64,000 nucleotides of DNA from assembly GCA_037445065.1 (NCBI GenBank), contig JBBILD010000005.1:1-64000 (forward strand). The letters are read 5' to 3'. Both the position numbers and the translations under genes were made by a program. Below are positions 29,352 to 38,002 of the stretch, in pieces. The notes below the pieces were generated by a model, which had not been told where the DNA came from, ran no database searches, and saw nothing but the letters and a program-made list of their open reading frames with translations. Origin of the DNA: Myxococcales bacterium (lineage in GTDB: Bacteria > Desulfobacterota > Binatia > HRBIN30). Every line of letters begins with the position of its first letter. The stretch's first letter is position 1.

Positions 29352-29511
29352 GGGCTTCTTGAGTCTCCCGGCAAGAGGGTCGGCCGCTACGGTCGTGTCC
29401 CTCGGGCCGGTTTCCTGGAGATGGACCGGGCTCCCGCTTCCGGTTGTGGAATCGAGCCGTTCGCAGGGAGCAACGCTTCCCTCTTCGAGCGACACAGGAC
29501 AAGCCCCTTTT
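29352..29511. ncRNA. Candidate structured ncRNA (rod with central bubble, 6S-like)
   Basis: Nested pairings GGGCTT/AAGCCC, AAGAGGG/CCCTCTT, ACGG/CCGT, CCGGT/ACCGG in a 400-nt intergenic gap. Confidence 0.4.
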
Positions 29512-29610
29512 TGAACCTGTGGCAACGTTTCGAGGCACGAAACCAGCTTGCCCAAACCAGTCGACTTGCATACAAGCGCTGCCGCAACGCAAGCAATCAG
29601 GAGGACGATC

Positions 29611-30540
29611 GTGGCCAAAATGCTGGAAGGCCGAGTAGCCGTGGTCACAGGAGCAGGCCGCGGCATTGGTCGTGCGGTCGCCTTGGGCTTGGCGGAGGCG
29701 GGGGCACGCGTGGTCGTGAATGACTACGGGGTGGACGTGCACGGGGAAGCTCCGAGCACGGGACCTGCCTTCGAGGTGGTGGGAGAAATCTGCGCTCAGG
29801 GCGGTGAAGCGGTCGCCAACACAGATTCGGTCGCCACATGGGATGGTGCGGCACGGATCATCCAGACCGCCATAGATCACTTTGGCCGCCTGGACATTTT
29901 AGTCACCTGTGCGGGCATCCTGCGCGATCGCATGATTTTCAACATGACCGAGGCAGAATTCGACGCAGTGGTCGCCGTGCACCTGAAAGGCACGTTCTGT
30001 TGCATCCGGCACGCTGCGCCGATCTTCCGCAGCCAACGCTCCGGCCGCATCATTACCTTTTCCTCGGGTGCTGGATTGTTCGGCAATCCGGGCCAGTCGA
30101 ATTACGGTGCCGCCAAATCGGGAATCGGGGGGCTCACCAAGGTAGTCGCACGCGATTTGGGCAAGTACGGCGTGACTTGCAACGCGATCGCTCCGGTGGC
30201 GGCCACGCGCATGACTCTTACGGAGGAGTTTCTGCGCGCCAGAGAGATTCGCCGCCAGCAAGGGATCGTCCGCGAGGAGCGGGCCCTGGCGCGGCTCGAG
30301 GAGTTGAAACCGGAGGACGTGGCCCCGATGGTGGTATTCCTGGCAAGCGATCACGCGGCGAACGTCAATGGTCAGTTCTTTTTGGTGGCCGGCAGTTCGA
30401 TCTCGCTGTTGTCACAACCCCGCCCAGTGAAGACCATCTTTAAGGCTGATGACCGCTGGACCTTGGACGAACTCGACGCCATTGTACCGCAGACCCTCGC
30501 CGAAGGCCTCGTCAATCCAGCGCCTCCTCGGGAAGGATGA
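29611..30540 (+). CDS. Short-chain dehydrogenase/reductase (3-hydroxyacyl-CoA dehydrogenase-like)
   Basis: TGAGRGIG, VVVND, AGILRD, GNPGQSNYGAAK; AGGAGG RBS. Confidence 0.92.
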   Translation: MAKMLEGRVAVVTGAGRGIGRAVALGLAEAGARVVVNDYGVDVHGEAPSTGPAFEVVGEICAQGGEAVANTDSVATWDGAARIIQTAIDHFGRLDILVTCAGILRDRMIFNMTEAEFDAVVAVHLKGTFCCIRHAAPIFRSQRSGRIITFSSGAGLFGNPGQSNYGAAKSGIGGLTKVVARDLGKYGVTCNAIAPVAATRMTLTEEFLRAREIRRQQGIVREERALARLEELKPEDVAPMVVFLASDHAANVNGQFFLVAGSSISLLSQPRPVKTIFKADDRWTLDELDAIVPQTLAEGLVNPAPPREG

Positions 30541-30570
30541 TTTGATTCCGCGCTTCGGGAGGAATGCGAA

Positions 30571-31515
30571 ATGGGTGAACGCTTGACAGGGAAGGTTGCG
30601 GTGGTCACGGGTGCCGGCCGGGGGATCGGCCGCGAAATTGCCATGCTCCTCGCCGAGGAAGGGGCGGCTGTCGTTGTCAACGATGCAGGCGTCAATGTAG
30701 ACGGAACAGGGGGAGAGAGTACGCCGGCCCAAACGGTCGTGGAAGCCATCCGGGCGCGCGGGGGGCAAGCGGTCGCGAATTACGACAATGTCGCCGATTT
30801 CCAAGCGGCAGAGCAAATCATCGAGACCGCCGTGCGCGAGTTCGGGAGAATTGACATCCTAGTCAACAACGCGGGCATTCTGCGTGACCGGATGGTCTTT
30901 AACCTCAGTGAGGACGACTGGGATGCGGTTATCGCTGTCCACCTGAAAGGCACGTTCAACTGCACGCGTCATGCCGCGGTGCGGATGCGGCAACAAAAAG
31001 CTGGGCGAATCATCAGCATGTCTTCGACTTCAGGGCTTTACGGCAACACTGGCCAAGCGAACTACGGTGCGGCAAAGGACGCGATTGCGGGTCTGACTCG
31101 GGTGGTGGCACGCGAACTCGGCAAGTATGGGGTGACCGTAAACGCGATTGCTCCAGCGGCACAGACACGCATGATTGCAACCATCCCCAGCAAAGCACGT
31201 GAGATCCGTGCCCAGCGCGGGGTGGCCCTGCCCGGACAGCGGGTCACGGAGCTTCCCCCTCTGCGAGCCGAACCTGGCGACGTGGCTCCCTTCGTCGTCT
31301 ACCTGGCAACAGACGCCGCCAAGAATATCAATGGGCAGATTTTTCTCGTTCGCGGCGGCCTCGTTGCGTTGCTCAACGACCCTGCACCGGTTCGCACAAT
31401 CACAAAGAACGGGCGCTGGAGCGCGGAAGAGATCGCGCAGGTCTTTCCCCTGACCCTCGGCATGGATCTCGTGAACCCGGCACCAGCCCAACCGCCCGCT
31501 GAAGCGAGCCAGTAG
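30571..31515 (+). CDS. Short-chain dehydrogenase/reductase (paralog of the preceding gene)
   Basis: TGAGRGIG, NNAGILRD, GQANYGAAK. Confidence 0.93.
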   Translation: MGERLTGKVAVVTGAGRGIGREIAMLLAEEGAAVVVNDAGVNVDGTGGESTPAQTVVEAIRARGGQAVANYDNVADFQAAEQIIETAVREFGRIDILVNNAGILRDRMVFNLSEDDWDAVIAVHLKGTFNCTRHAAVRMRQQKAGRIISMSSTSGLYGNTGQANYGAAKDAIAGLTRVVARELGKYGVTVNAIAPAAQTRMIATIPSKAREIRAQRGVALPGQRVTELPPLRAEPGDVAPFVVYLATDAAKNINGQIFLVRGGLVALLNDPAPVRTITKNGRWSAEEIAQVFPLTLGMDLVNPAPAQPPAEASQ

Positions 31516-31533
31516 CCCGCTTAGGGGAACGAA

Positions 31534-33285
31534 GTGGATCGGACCACTTCTTCTCCGCCCGTTCCTCCTCTACGTGTCGCGGCCGTCGCCGCCCTTGCGG
31601 CATTTGCCCTGTACACACCGGCACTGCGCAACGGCTTCGTGTGGGACGATCCGATCGTCCTCGAACAGCTTCGCCATTTTCGCCACGCAAAGGATTTCTT
31701 TTTCCAACCCGACGTGGTGCCAAAGTTTTACTACCGCCCCGTCACCTTTCTCTCTTTTGCCTGGGACCAGCTCCTCGGCGGGCACCGCCCCTTTTTCTTT
31801 CATCTCACCAATTTGCTGCTGCACGCGGCAAACAGCTCGCTGGCAGCACTCATTCTACTGCGTCTTCCTGGGCTCACCGCGCCCCTCCCAGCGCTAGCCG
31901 CTTACCTCTTTGCGGTGCACCCAGTACACGTGGAAGCTGTTGCTTGGGTGGCCGGGCGCGCTGATCTGCTCGCCGCGTTGTTCATCCTATTGGCCACTCT
32001 CGTCGCGTTGCGAACCGCCACAACGATTGGTCTTTGCTGCCTCACCCTGCTCTACTTTGCTGCGTTGCTTTGCAAAGAAACGGCGCTCGGTCTGCTCGCG
32101 GTCTTACCCTTTCTCGACCGGACCCTCGGGCGCCCGTGGCAATGGCGACGCGAGATCCTGTTGCTCACTGCCACCGCATTCTACCTTCTTTTGCGAGCAG
32201 CGAACATCGGCAGCGTGCTCGGGGGACACACGCAGGACCTCAGTCTGGACGCAACCCTCCCAGAGCTTGCTCGGGGCCTAGGGCTGTATTTGGCCCATGC
32301 GTTCGTTCCTGGGCTCACGAATCCATATATGCCCGCCGTCCCTAGCTCCCCGGCCGTGGTCGTCGGCGCGATCGCGTGCCTCGCGCTGGGTGGACTGGCT
32401 TGGGTGAGCGCCCCCGCAAACAAGAGACTTTTTGTTTTCTTTGCCGTTTGGTTTTTCTCTTTCCTCGGACCCGTGGCGCTGATCTTCTTTCGGAAGAGCG
32501 CCACAACGCTGGTGGCGGACCGTTACCTCTACCTTCCATCCCTTGCTTCCTGCGCAGGACTGGTCTTGGCAATCACGGCCGTTATCTCTCGGCTTCCCTC
32601 GCGGCCCCGCGCCTCGATTGCGCTGTGGGGCTTGCTTCTCACCGGAAGCGCCCTCGCAACTCTTTGGAAGGTCCCCGTTTGGCAGGATAACCTGTCCTTT
32701 TGGTCCGCAGCTCAGGCGGCCGCTCCGCAGGACCCGATCGCAAACCGGGAACTGGGGCTAGCCGTTTTGGAGCGGGATCAGCCCAGCAAAGCCAAGCCCT
32801 GGCTCGAAAAGGCGTGGAAGCTCAGCCGGACCGGGGAGGAAAAGGCCATGGCTGCCAGTAACCTAGCCTCGCTGTACCGACGGAGCGGGGACTTTGCCGC
32901 TGCCGTTGCTCTCCTCCGGGATGCGATTGGATCAGCTCCACACCCCGCGCTTTTTCATAATCTCGGCATGACGCTGATGAGCGCCGCGGAACAGGCGCAA
33001 CGAGAGGGCCGCACCGCCGAAGTCGCCGCCAACGTGCTCGGTGCGCGTGACGCGTTTCAACGAGCACTCGACTTTTTGTCTTCTCCTCAGGCTTCTGCGT
33101 TCCGGCCGCTGTGGGACCCCGCCAAAACGCACTCCCTTTTGGGCCAAGTGTACTGGTCGCTCGGCCAGCGCGAGCGGGCTCGCGAGCACTTGCGCGCAGC
33201 ACTGCGACTGGCACCCACCGGACCGATCGCCGAGGCCACTCGCCGCTACTGGTCGCAAGCCTTTCCCGGAGAGGCTCTGCCCTGA
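31534..33285 (+). CDS. TMTC-like GT-C membrane glycosyltransferase with C-terminal TPRs
   Basis: NGFVWDD, YYRPV, HPVHVEAVAWVAGRADLL, KET, ADRYLYLPS, WQDNLSFW, then TPR-like helices. Confidence 0.8.
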   Translation: MDRTTSSPPVPPLRVAAVAALAAFALYTPALRNGFVWDDPIVLEQLRHFRHAKDFFFQPDVVPKFYYRPVTFLSFAWDQLLGGHRPFFFHLTNLLLHAANSSLAALILLRLPGLTAPLPALAAYLFAVHPVHVEAVAWVAGRADLLAALFILLATLVALRTATTIGLCCLTLLYFAALLCKETALGLLAVLPFLDRTLGRPWQWRREILLLTATAFYLLLRAANIGSVLGGHTQDLSLDATLPELARGLGLYLAHAFVPGLTNPYMPAVPSSPAVVVGAIACLALGGLAWVSAPANKRLFVFFAVWFFSFLGPVALIFFRKSATTLVADRYLYLPSLASCAGLVLAITAVISRLPSRPRASIALWGLLLTGSALATLWKVPVWQDNLSFWSAAQAAAPQDPIANRELGLAVLERDQPSKAKPWLEKAWKLSRTGEEKAMAASNLASLYRRSGDFAAAVALLRDAIGSAPHPALFHNLGMTLMSAAEQAQREGRTAEVAANVLGARDAFQRALDFLSSPQASAFRPLWDPAKTHSLLGQVYWSLGQRERAREHLRAALRLAPTGPIAEATRRYWSQAFPGEALP

Positions 33286-33314
33286 CACGCCAGCAGCAAG
33301 CGCTACATTTCAGT

Positions 33315-33731
33315 GTGAGACAGGTCTCAGGACCCAGCGAGCTCGCACTTGCGCTCTTCGTTCGCCGCCGTGTCTTCGTTGATGAGCAACGCATCCCCTA
33401 TGGGATCGAATTCGATACCGCAGACTGCGCCGCCCTTCATGCGCTGGCTTTGCGTGGAACGATGCCGATCGGCACAAGCCGCCTCCTCCTCACTGGGAAA
33501 AGTGCTCGAATCGGCCGTCTCGCTGTTCTGCCAACTGCGCGCCAGCTCGGCGTCGGTACGGCGATCCTCCAATTCTTGCTGCAACTCGGCCGGCGACACG
33601 GCGCAACGCACTTCCTCCTGCACGCCCAGCTCCCCACCTTGCCACTGTACTTGAGAGCAGGTTTTCACGTCACGAGCTCGGTCTTCTGGGAGGATGGCCT
33701 GCCTCACTGCCGCCTCGAGCGCACCGATTGA
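33315..33731 (+). CDS. GNAT family N-acetyltransferase (ElaA/YjcF-like)
   Basis: RRRVFVDEQ, IGRLAV, RQLGVG, LHAQ, EDGLPH; start approximate. Confidence 0.85.
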   Translation: MRQVSGPSELALALFVRRRVFVDEQRIPYGIEFDTADCAALHALALRGTMPIGTSRLLLTGKSARIGRLAVLPTARQLGVGTAILQFLLQLGRRHGATHFLLHAQLPTLPLYLRAGFHVTSSVFWEDGLPHCRLERTD

Positions 33732-33765
33732 CTCACGAGCCAAAATTTCCTACTTGCAGGGAAAC

Positions 33766-33782
33766 ATGAAAATGAGTTTCAA
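33766..33782 (+). promoter_or_regulatory. Putative Fur box
   Basis: ATGAAAATGAGTTTCAA: AT-rich palindrome upstream of an operon ending in bfd-bfr; TTGACT -35-like hexamer at 33728. Confidence 0.7.
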
Positions 33783-33855
33783 AATCGTAGGTGGCCCGCG
33801 CGGGGCTTTTGCCGGCGGAGAACAACACACCAAACCGTTGCGGAAGGGAGGACGT

Positions 33856-35235
33856 ATGCGACTTGCTTGTTGGGTGGTTGCACTGTTCGTGCTGGTCGGT
33901 GGATGGAGTCCACCTGCAGAGGGCCAATCCGGCTCAGGAAAGGACACCCTCAAGGAACTCCGTGAGGAGCAGGAGAGACTGCGTCGCGAACTGGAACGAC
34001 TCAAGCAGCAACTGGGTACACAGCGGGATGAGCAGAAACGGCTCCAGGAAATCGAGCGCAAGCAGACGATTGTCACGGACGAATTGCGGCGCTTGCGCGA
34101 AGCCTTTGTGCTTCCCGAAACCCGAGAGCTCAAGAGCTACTACGGTCTCGGCCCGGCGGCTTCGAAGGTGTACGGGCTCGAGCGCGGCCTCTCGATTGGT
34201 GGTTACGGAGAAGCGAATTTGCGAAGCGTCGTCGGCAATAAGGGTAGCGACAACGACGTGTTCGACTTTTTGCGCTTGGTTCTGTACGTCGGGTACAAGT
34301 TCAACGATTGGATCGTGTTCAACTCGGAAACGGAGTTCGAACATGCATCCACAGGCGAGAGTGGAGAAGTCTCGGTAGAGTTCGCCAATCTTGACTTCTT
34401 TCTTCATCAGATGGCGAACGTCCGCTTCGGCCTTGTGCTGGTACCGATGGGCTTCATCAACGAAGTGCACGAACCGCCGTTCTTCTTTGGGAACGTGCGC
34501 CCGCCAGTCGAGACGGTACTTTTGCCATCCACATGGCGGGCCAATGGGCTCGGGTTCTTCGGCGAAATCTTCCCCGGCCTCACCTACCGCACCTACGGCA
34601 TTACGAGCCTCGATGCAGCAGGGTTCCGCTCAAGCGGGATTCGAGGCGGCAGGCAGAGTGGCAGCCTAGAGCGGGCGGAGGATTTTTCCTGGGTCGGCCG
34701 CCTCGACTATTCGTTTCTACCCTCCTCATTCGTGGGCGTGTCTGCTTACGTCGGCGATCAAGGGCAAGGCCGTCTCTACGGACCGTCGGGATTACAAGAC
34801 GATGTCGGGGTTTTTACGCAAATCTACGAGGGCCACTTCCAACTTCGTTATCAGGGACTGGAGTTTCGCGCTTTAGGGACGGTAACCCTGCTCGACAACG
34901 CAACTCGCCTGAGCCTCGACCCGAGTATTAACCAACCAATCGGAAACCGGATGCTCGGCTATTACGCGGAGATCGGCTACGACATCTTGCCGCTGATCCT
35001 GCCCGGAACGACGCAATACCTCGCGCCTTGGTTCCGTTACTCGCACACGGACACGCAACAGAGCGTACCCTCGGGCCTAAGCGCGGACAATCGCCAGAAC
35101 CGCGACTACTTCGAAGCGGGATTGCAGTACAAACCCATCCCGCAGGTGGTGGTCAAACTCGACTACCGGAATCTGGACGCCGAGACTGGCACTCTTCCAG
35201 ACGAAATTCGCATCGGCGCTGGATTTGTTTTCTAA
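33856..35235 (+). CDS. Outer-membrane beta-barrel/porin with N-terminal coiled coil
   Basis: GGGAGG RBS; signal peptide; heptad-rich segment; GGYGE, FNSETEFEH, NEVHEP; terminal GAGFVF. Confidence 0.82.
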   Translation: MRLACWVVALFVLVGGWSPPAEGQSGSGKDTLKELREEQERLRRELERLKQQLGTQRDEQKRLQEIERKQTIVTDELRRLREAFVLPETRELKSYYGLGPAASKVYGLERGLSIGGYGEANLRSVVGNKGSDNDVFDFLRLVLYVGYKFNDWIVFNSETEFEHASTGESGEVSVEFANLDFFLHQMANVRFGLVLVPMGFINEVHEPPFFFGNVRPPVETVLLPSTWRANGLGFFGEIFPGLTYRTYGITSLDAAGFRSSGIRGGRQSGSLERAEDFSWVGRLDYSFLPSSFVGVSAYVGDQGQGRLYGPSGLQDDVGVFTQIYEGHFQLRYQGLEFRALGTVTLLDNATRLSLDPSINQPIGNRMLGYYAEIGYDILPLILPGTTQYLAPWFRYSHTDTQQSVPSGLSADNRQNRDYFEAGLQYKPIPQVVVKLDYRNLDAETGTLPDEIRIGAGFVF

Positions 35236-35238
35236 GTC

Positions 35239-35799
35239 ATGGAGCCTTTCCGCCGATCGCGGCTGCTCGAGGTGGTTCTGTTGGGGAGCTGGCTTACCGC
35301 CAGCTCCCCATTCCTGGTTTCGGCCGGTGTGCTGCACTCGCGTGATGAAGCACTCGCCATCGCCTTCCCAGACGCGGAGGAGATTCGGCCTCTCGACTTT
35401 TACTTGACGCCGGAGCAAAAGTCCGAAATCGAGCGCATTGCGGCAGCTAGCGTCGAATCGAATCTCATCACGGTGTACGCTGGACAGCGTAACGGTGCGC
35501 CCGCTGGCTACGCCTTTTTCGATACACACATCGTGCGTACACTGCCAGAAACGTTGCTCATTGTGCTTTCCCCGCGCGGAGAGGTAACGGGCGTTCATTT
35601 GCTCGCCTTCTACGAACCTCCCGAGTACGCACCACCGCAAGCTTGGTTCGAAAAATTCCGAGGTTGGAGCATGCCGGAGTCGGGCAATGCTCCACCAGAG
35701 GTAGCAGCGATCGCTGGTTCGACATTGTCGTCGCGAGCAGCCAATGCAGCGGTGCGCCGCGCCTTGGCAGTCTACCAAGTGCTGCTACGGCGGAGGTGA
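35239..35799 (+). CDS. Exported FMN-binding domain protein
   Basis: Signal-like N-terminus; C-terminal AIAGSTLSS resembling the [S/T]GA[S/T] flavinylation motif. Confidence 0.72.
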   Translation: MEPFRRSRLLEVVLLGSWLTASSPFLVSAGVLHSRDEALAIAFPDAEEIRPLDFYLTPEQKSEIERIAAASVESNLITVYAGQRNGAPAGYAFFDTHIVRTLPETLLIVLSPRGEVTGVHLLAFYEPPEYAPPQAWFEKFRGWSMPESGNAPPEVAAIAGSTLSSRAANAAVRRALAVYQVLLRRR

Positions 35800-35802
35800 G
35801 CG

Positions 35803-36327
35803 GTGCGCTTCGTGATCTCCGGGGAATGGACGCGCAACCGACTACTACGGGTCATCGTGTGGTGCTTCCTCGCTTACACCTTCGTGCTCTGGCTCACGAA
35901 CTTCGGATTGTACTTCAGTAAAATGGGCCTCAGCCCCAGCTCCGTTGCAAGCTATTACCGTGGCAACCAAGAACTGTTCCTGCAACCGAGATCGCTCCTC
36001 GGCCTCCTAGAGCAGCTTCACTTTCACAGTTTCGCCATGGGGATCTTGCTGCTCACCCTGACCCACCTCTTGCTTTTCGTTCCCATCTCGCTGTCCACAA
36101 AGGCCTGGGGCATTGCCGTCAGCTTCGCTTCGGCGCTTCTTGGAGAGGTTTCCGGCTGGGCCATCCGCTTCGTTCATCCTTCATTCGCTTATCTCAAAGT
36201 AGCTTCGTTCCTAGCACTACAGGGAACCTTGCTGTGGCTCATGGTGTGCGTGGCACGAGCGCTGTTCAGCCGCGCCCCGAGCGCGTATCCCGGTCGTGGG
36301 GCACCGCCGACATGGCCTGTCGAGTGA
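35803..36327 (+). CDS. Hypothetical ~4-TM membrane protein with clustered His residues
   Basis: Hydrophobic helices; YYRG; HFHSFAMGILLLTLTH. Confidence 0.75.
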   Translation: MRFVISGEWTRNRLLRVIVWCFLAYTFVLWLTNFGLYFSKMGLSPSSVASYYRGNQELFLQPRSLLGLLEQLHFHSFAMGILLLTLTHLLLFVPISLSTKAWGIAVSFASALLGEVSGWAIRFVHPSFAYLKVASFLALQGTLLWLMVCVARALFSRAPSAYPGRGAPPTWPVE

Positions 36328-37286
36328 TCCTCATGTTCGCCGCGGTATGTTTGTGTGCGCCGCACCTCGGTCAAGCGGCGAGCGCGCGCACAGGAGGTTT
36401 GGTGATGGGCACCATCCTCGACGTCGAAATCGAAGCTGCGACGCTGTCCGAGGCCCGTGACCTCGGTGCCCTCGCCCTTACCGTGGCCCGCCACTGGGAT
36501 GATGTGTTGAGCACCTGGAAAGCAGAGGCAGAGCTCGAACGGCTAAACCGACATGCGGGGACTTGGGTGCAACTCAGCTCTGACCTAGCGTGGGCAATCG
36601 AGCAAATGCGCGCCCTCTCGATCCAGACCCAAAATGCCTTCAATCCGTGCGTGGGGAGGTTTGTGCTTGGGCCAGCGTCGCATCCCACGCCGCCGCTCAT
36701 CCCCGAGTTGGGGAACGCCCTGGGCCTCCTGCAAGGAGCCGCGCGCGTGTCTGAGGATTGTCGCCTCGACGCTGGGGGAATCGGCAAAGGCATCGCACTG
36801 GATGCCATCGCTTCGGTTCTTTTGGCTCGCGGGGCACGGACCATCTTCCTCAACTTTGGGGGTTCGAGCCAAACGTTCGTATCGCGCAGCCCTGGGGCGC
36901 GCGTGGCGGTGGCACTGCCCCGCCTCAGCTCGAACGGATCCGCGGGAATCCTGTGGCTTCGCCAAGGGGCCGTTGGGACTTCACGTACCCCCGCCGAAGC
37001 GAGTTCCGGTGAGATTATAGACCCGCGTTCGGGCCAACCCGTCCAAGAAGCCCGCATGGCGACGGTCTGTGCCGCCAGCGCAGCAGAAGCAGACGCTTGG
37101 TCAACGGCAATCGTCGTTCTTGGGGACCAGGGCGTAGAGCTCGCGCAACGCGCCGGAATTTATGCCGTATTTCAGGACATGAGCACGTGGCGGGTTGGTG
37201 CACCTTTTTCTGACCGCGCCGCGACGGATCAAGCCGCTCCTCTTTTTGAGTGCGAATTCCAAGGATTCACAGGGGACCCCTCATGA
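36324..37286 (+). CDS. apbE: FAD:protein FMN transferase (divergent)
   Basis: MGT, LDAGGIGKGIALD, NFGG, IIDPRSG, ADAWSTA; GTGA overlap with the upstream gene. Confidence 0.85.
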   Translation: MILMFAAVCLCAPHLGQAASARTGGLVMGTILDVEIEAATLSEARDLGALALTVARHWDDVLSTWKAEAELERLNRHAGTWVQLSSDLAWAIEQMRALSIQTQNAFNPCVGRFVLGPASHPTPPLIPELGNALGLLQGAARVSEDCRLDAGGIGKGIALDAIASVLLARGARTIFLNFGGSSQTFVSRSPGARVAVALPRLSSNGSAGILWLRQGAVGTSRTPAEASSGEIIDPRSGQPVQEARMATVCAASAAEADAWSTAIVVLGDQGVELAQRAGIYAVFQDMSTWRVGAPFSDRAATDQAAPLFECEFQGFTGDPS

Positions 37287-37525
37287 TCGTCTGCTTTTGC
37301 CACCGCCTTACCGAGGCGGACGTTGCGCGCTTCCGCTCGCTGGGTATCCGCGACTGGAAGAGCTTGGCTCGCCTCACCAAAGCGGGGAGCCGGTGCCGGC
37401 CCTGCCGCAGGGAGCTTGTCCGACTTCTCTCCCCCCAAAACAGCATCTCAAGCGGGGAGCAGCAGCTTGACTGCCTTCTCGAGAACCTGCAGAAGGATCA
37501 CCAAGTGGAGGCGGCGAAACCGTGA
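37283..37525 (+). CDS. bfd: Bacterioferritin-associated [2Fe-2S] ferredoxin
   Basis: MIVCFC...GSRCRPC; ATGA overlap with apbE; adjacent to bfr. Confidence 0.85.
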   Translation: MIVCFCHRLTEADVARFRSLGIRDWKSLARLTKAGSRCRPCRRELVRLLSPQNSISSGEQQLDCLLENLQKDHQVEAAKP

Positions 37526-37992
37526 AAGGGAATCCGAAGCTCATCGAGCTGCTCAATGAGGTACTCACCGGCGAACTGACCAGCATCAATCAGTACTTTG
37601 TGCATGCGAAAATGTGCGAGAACTGGGGCTACCACCGCTTGTACGAGAGGATCCGGAAAGAATCGATTGACGAAATGAGACACGCTGATGAACTCATCGA
37701 GCGGATTCTCTTCCTCGACGGTGTACCGAACGTGCAAAGGCTGGGGAAAGTGCGCGTGGGAGAGACCGTACCCGAGCAGCTCAAGCTCGATCTCGCACTC
37801 GAGAAAGAAGCAGTGACTCGCCTAAACCAAGCGATTGCCTTGGCAGTGGAAGTAGGCGACAACGGCACGAGACACCTGCTCGAGTCACTGCTGAAAAGCG
37901 AGGAAGAACACATCGAGTGGCTTGAAGCGCAGCTCACGCTTCTCGAACAAGTTGGAGAGAAAAATTACTTGGCGCAGCAAATCCGTGATTAA
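37522..37992 (+). CDS. bfr: Bacterioferritin
   Basis: [41 protein letters not shown]. Confidence 0.97.
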   Translation: MKGNPKLIELLNEVLTGELTSINQYFVHAKMCENWGYHRLYERIRKESIDEMRHADELIERILFLDGVPNVQRLGKVRVGETVPEQLKLDLALEKEAVTRLNQAIALAVEVGDNGTRHLLESLLKSEEEHIEWLEAQLTLLEQVGEKNYLAQQIRD

Positions 37993-38002
37993 CACTGGCG
38001 GT

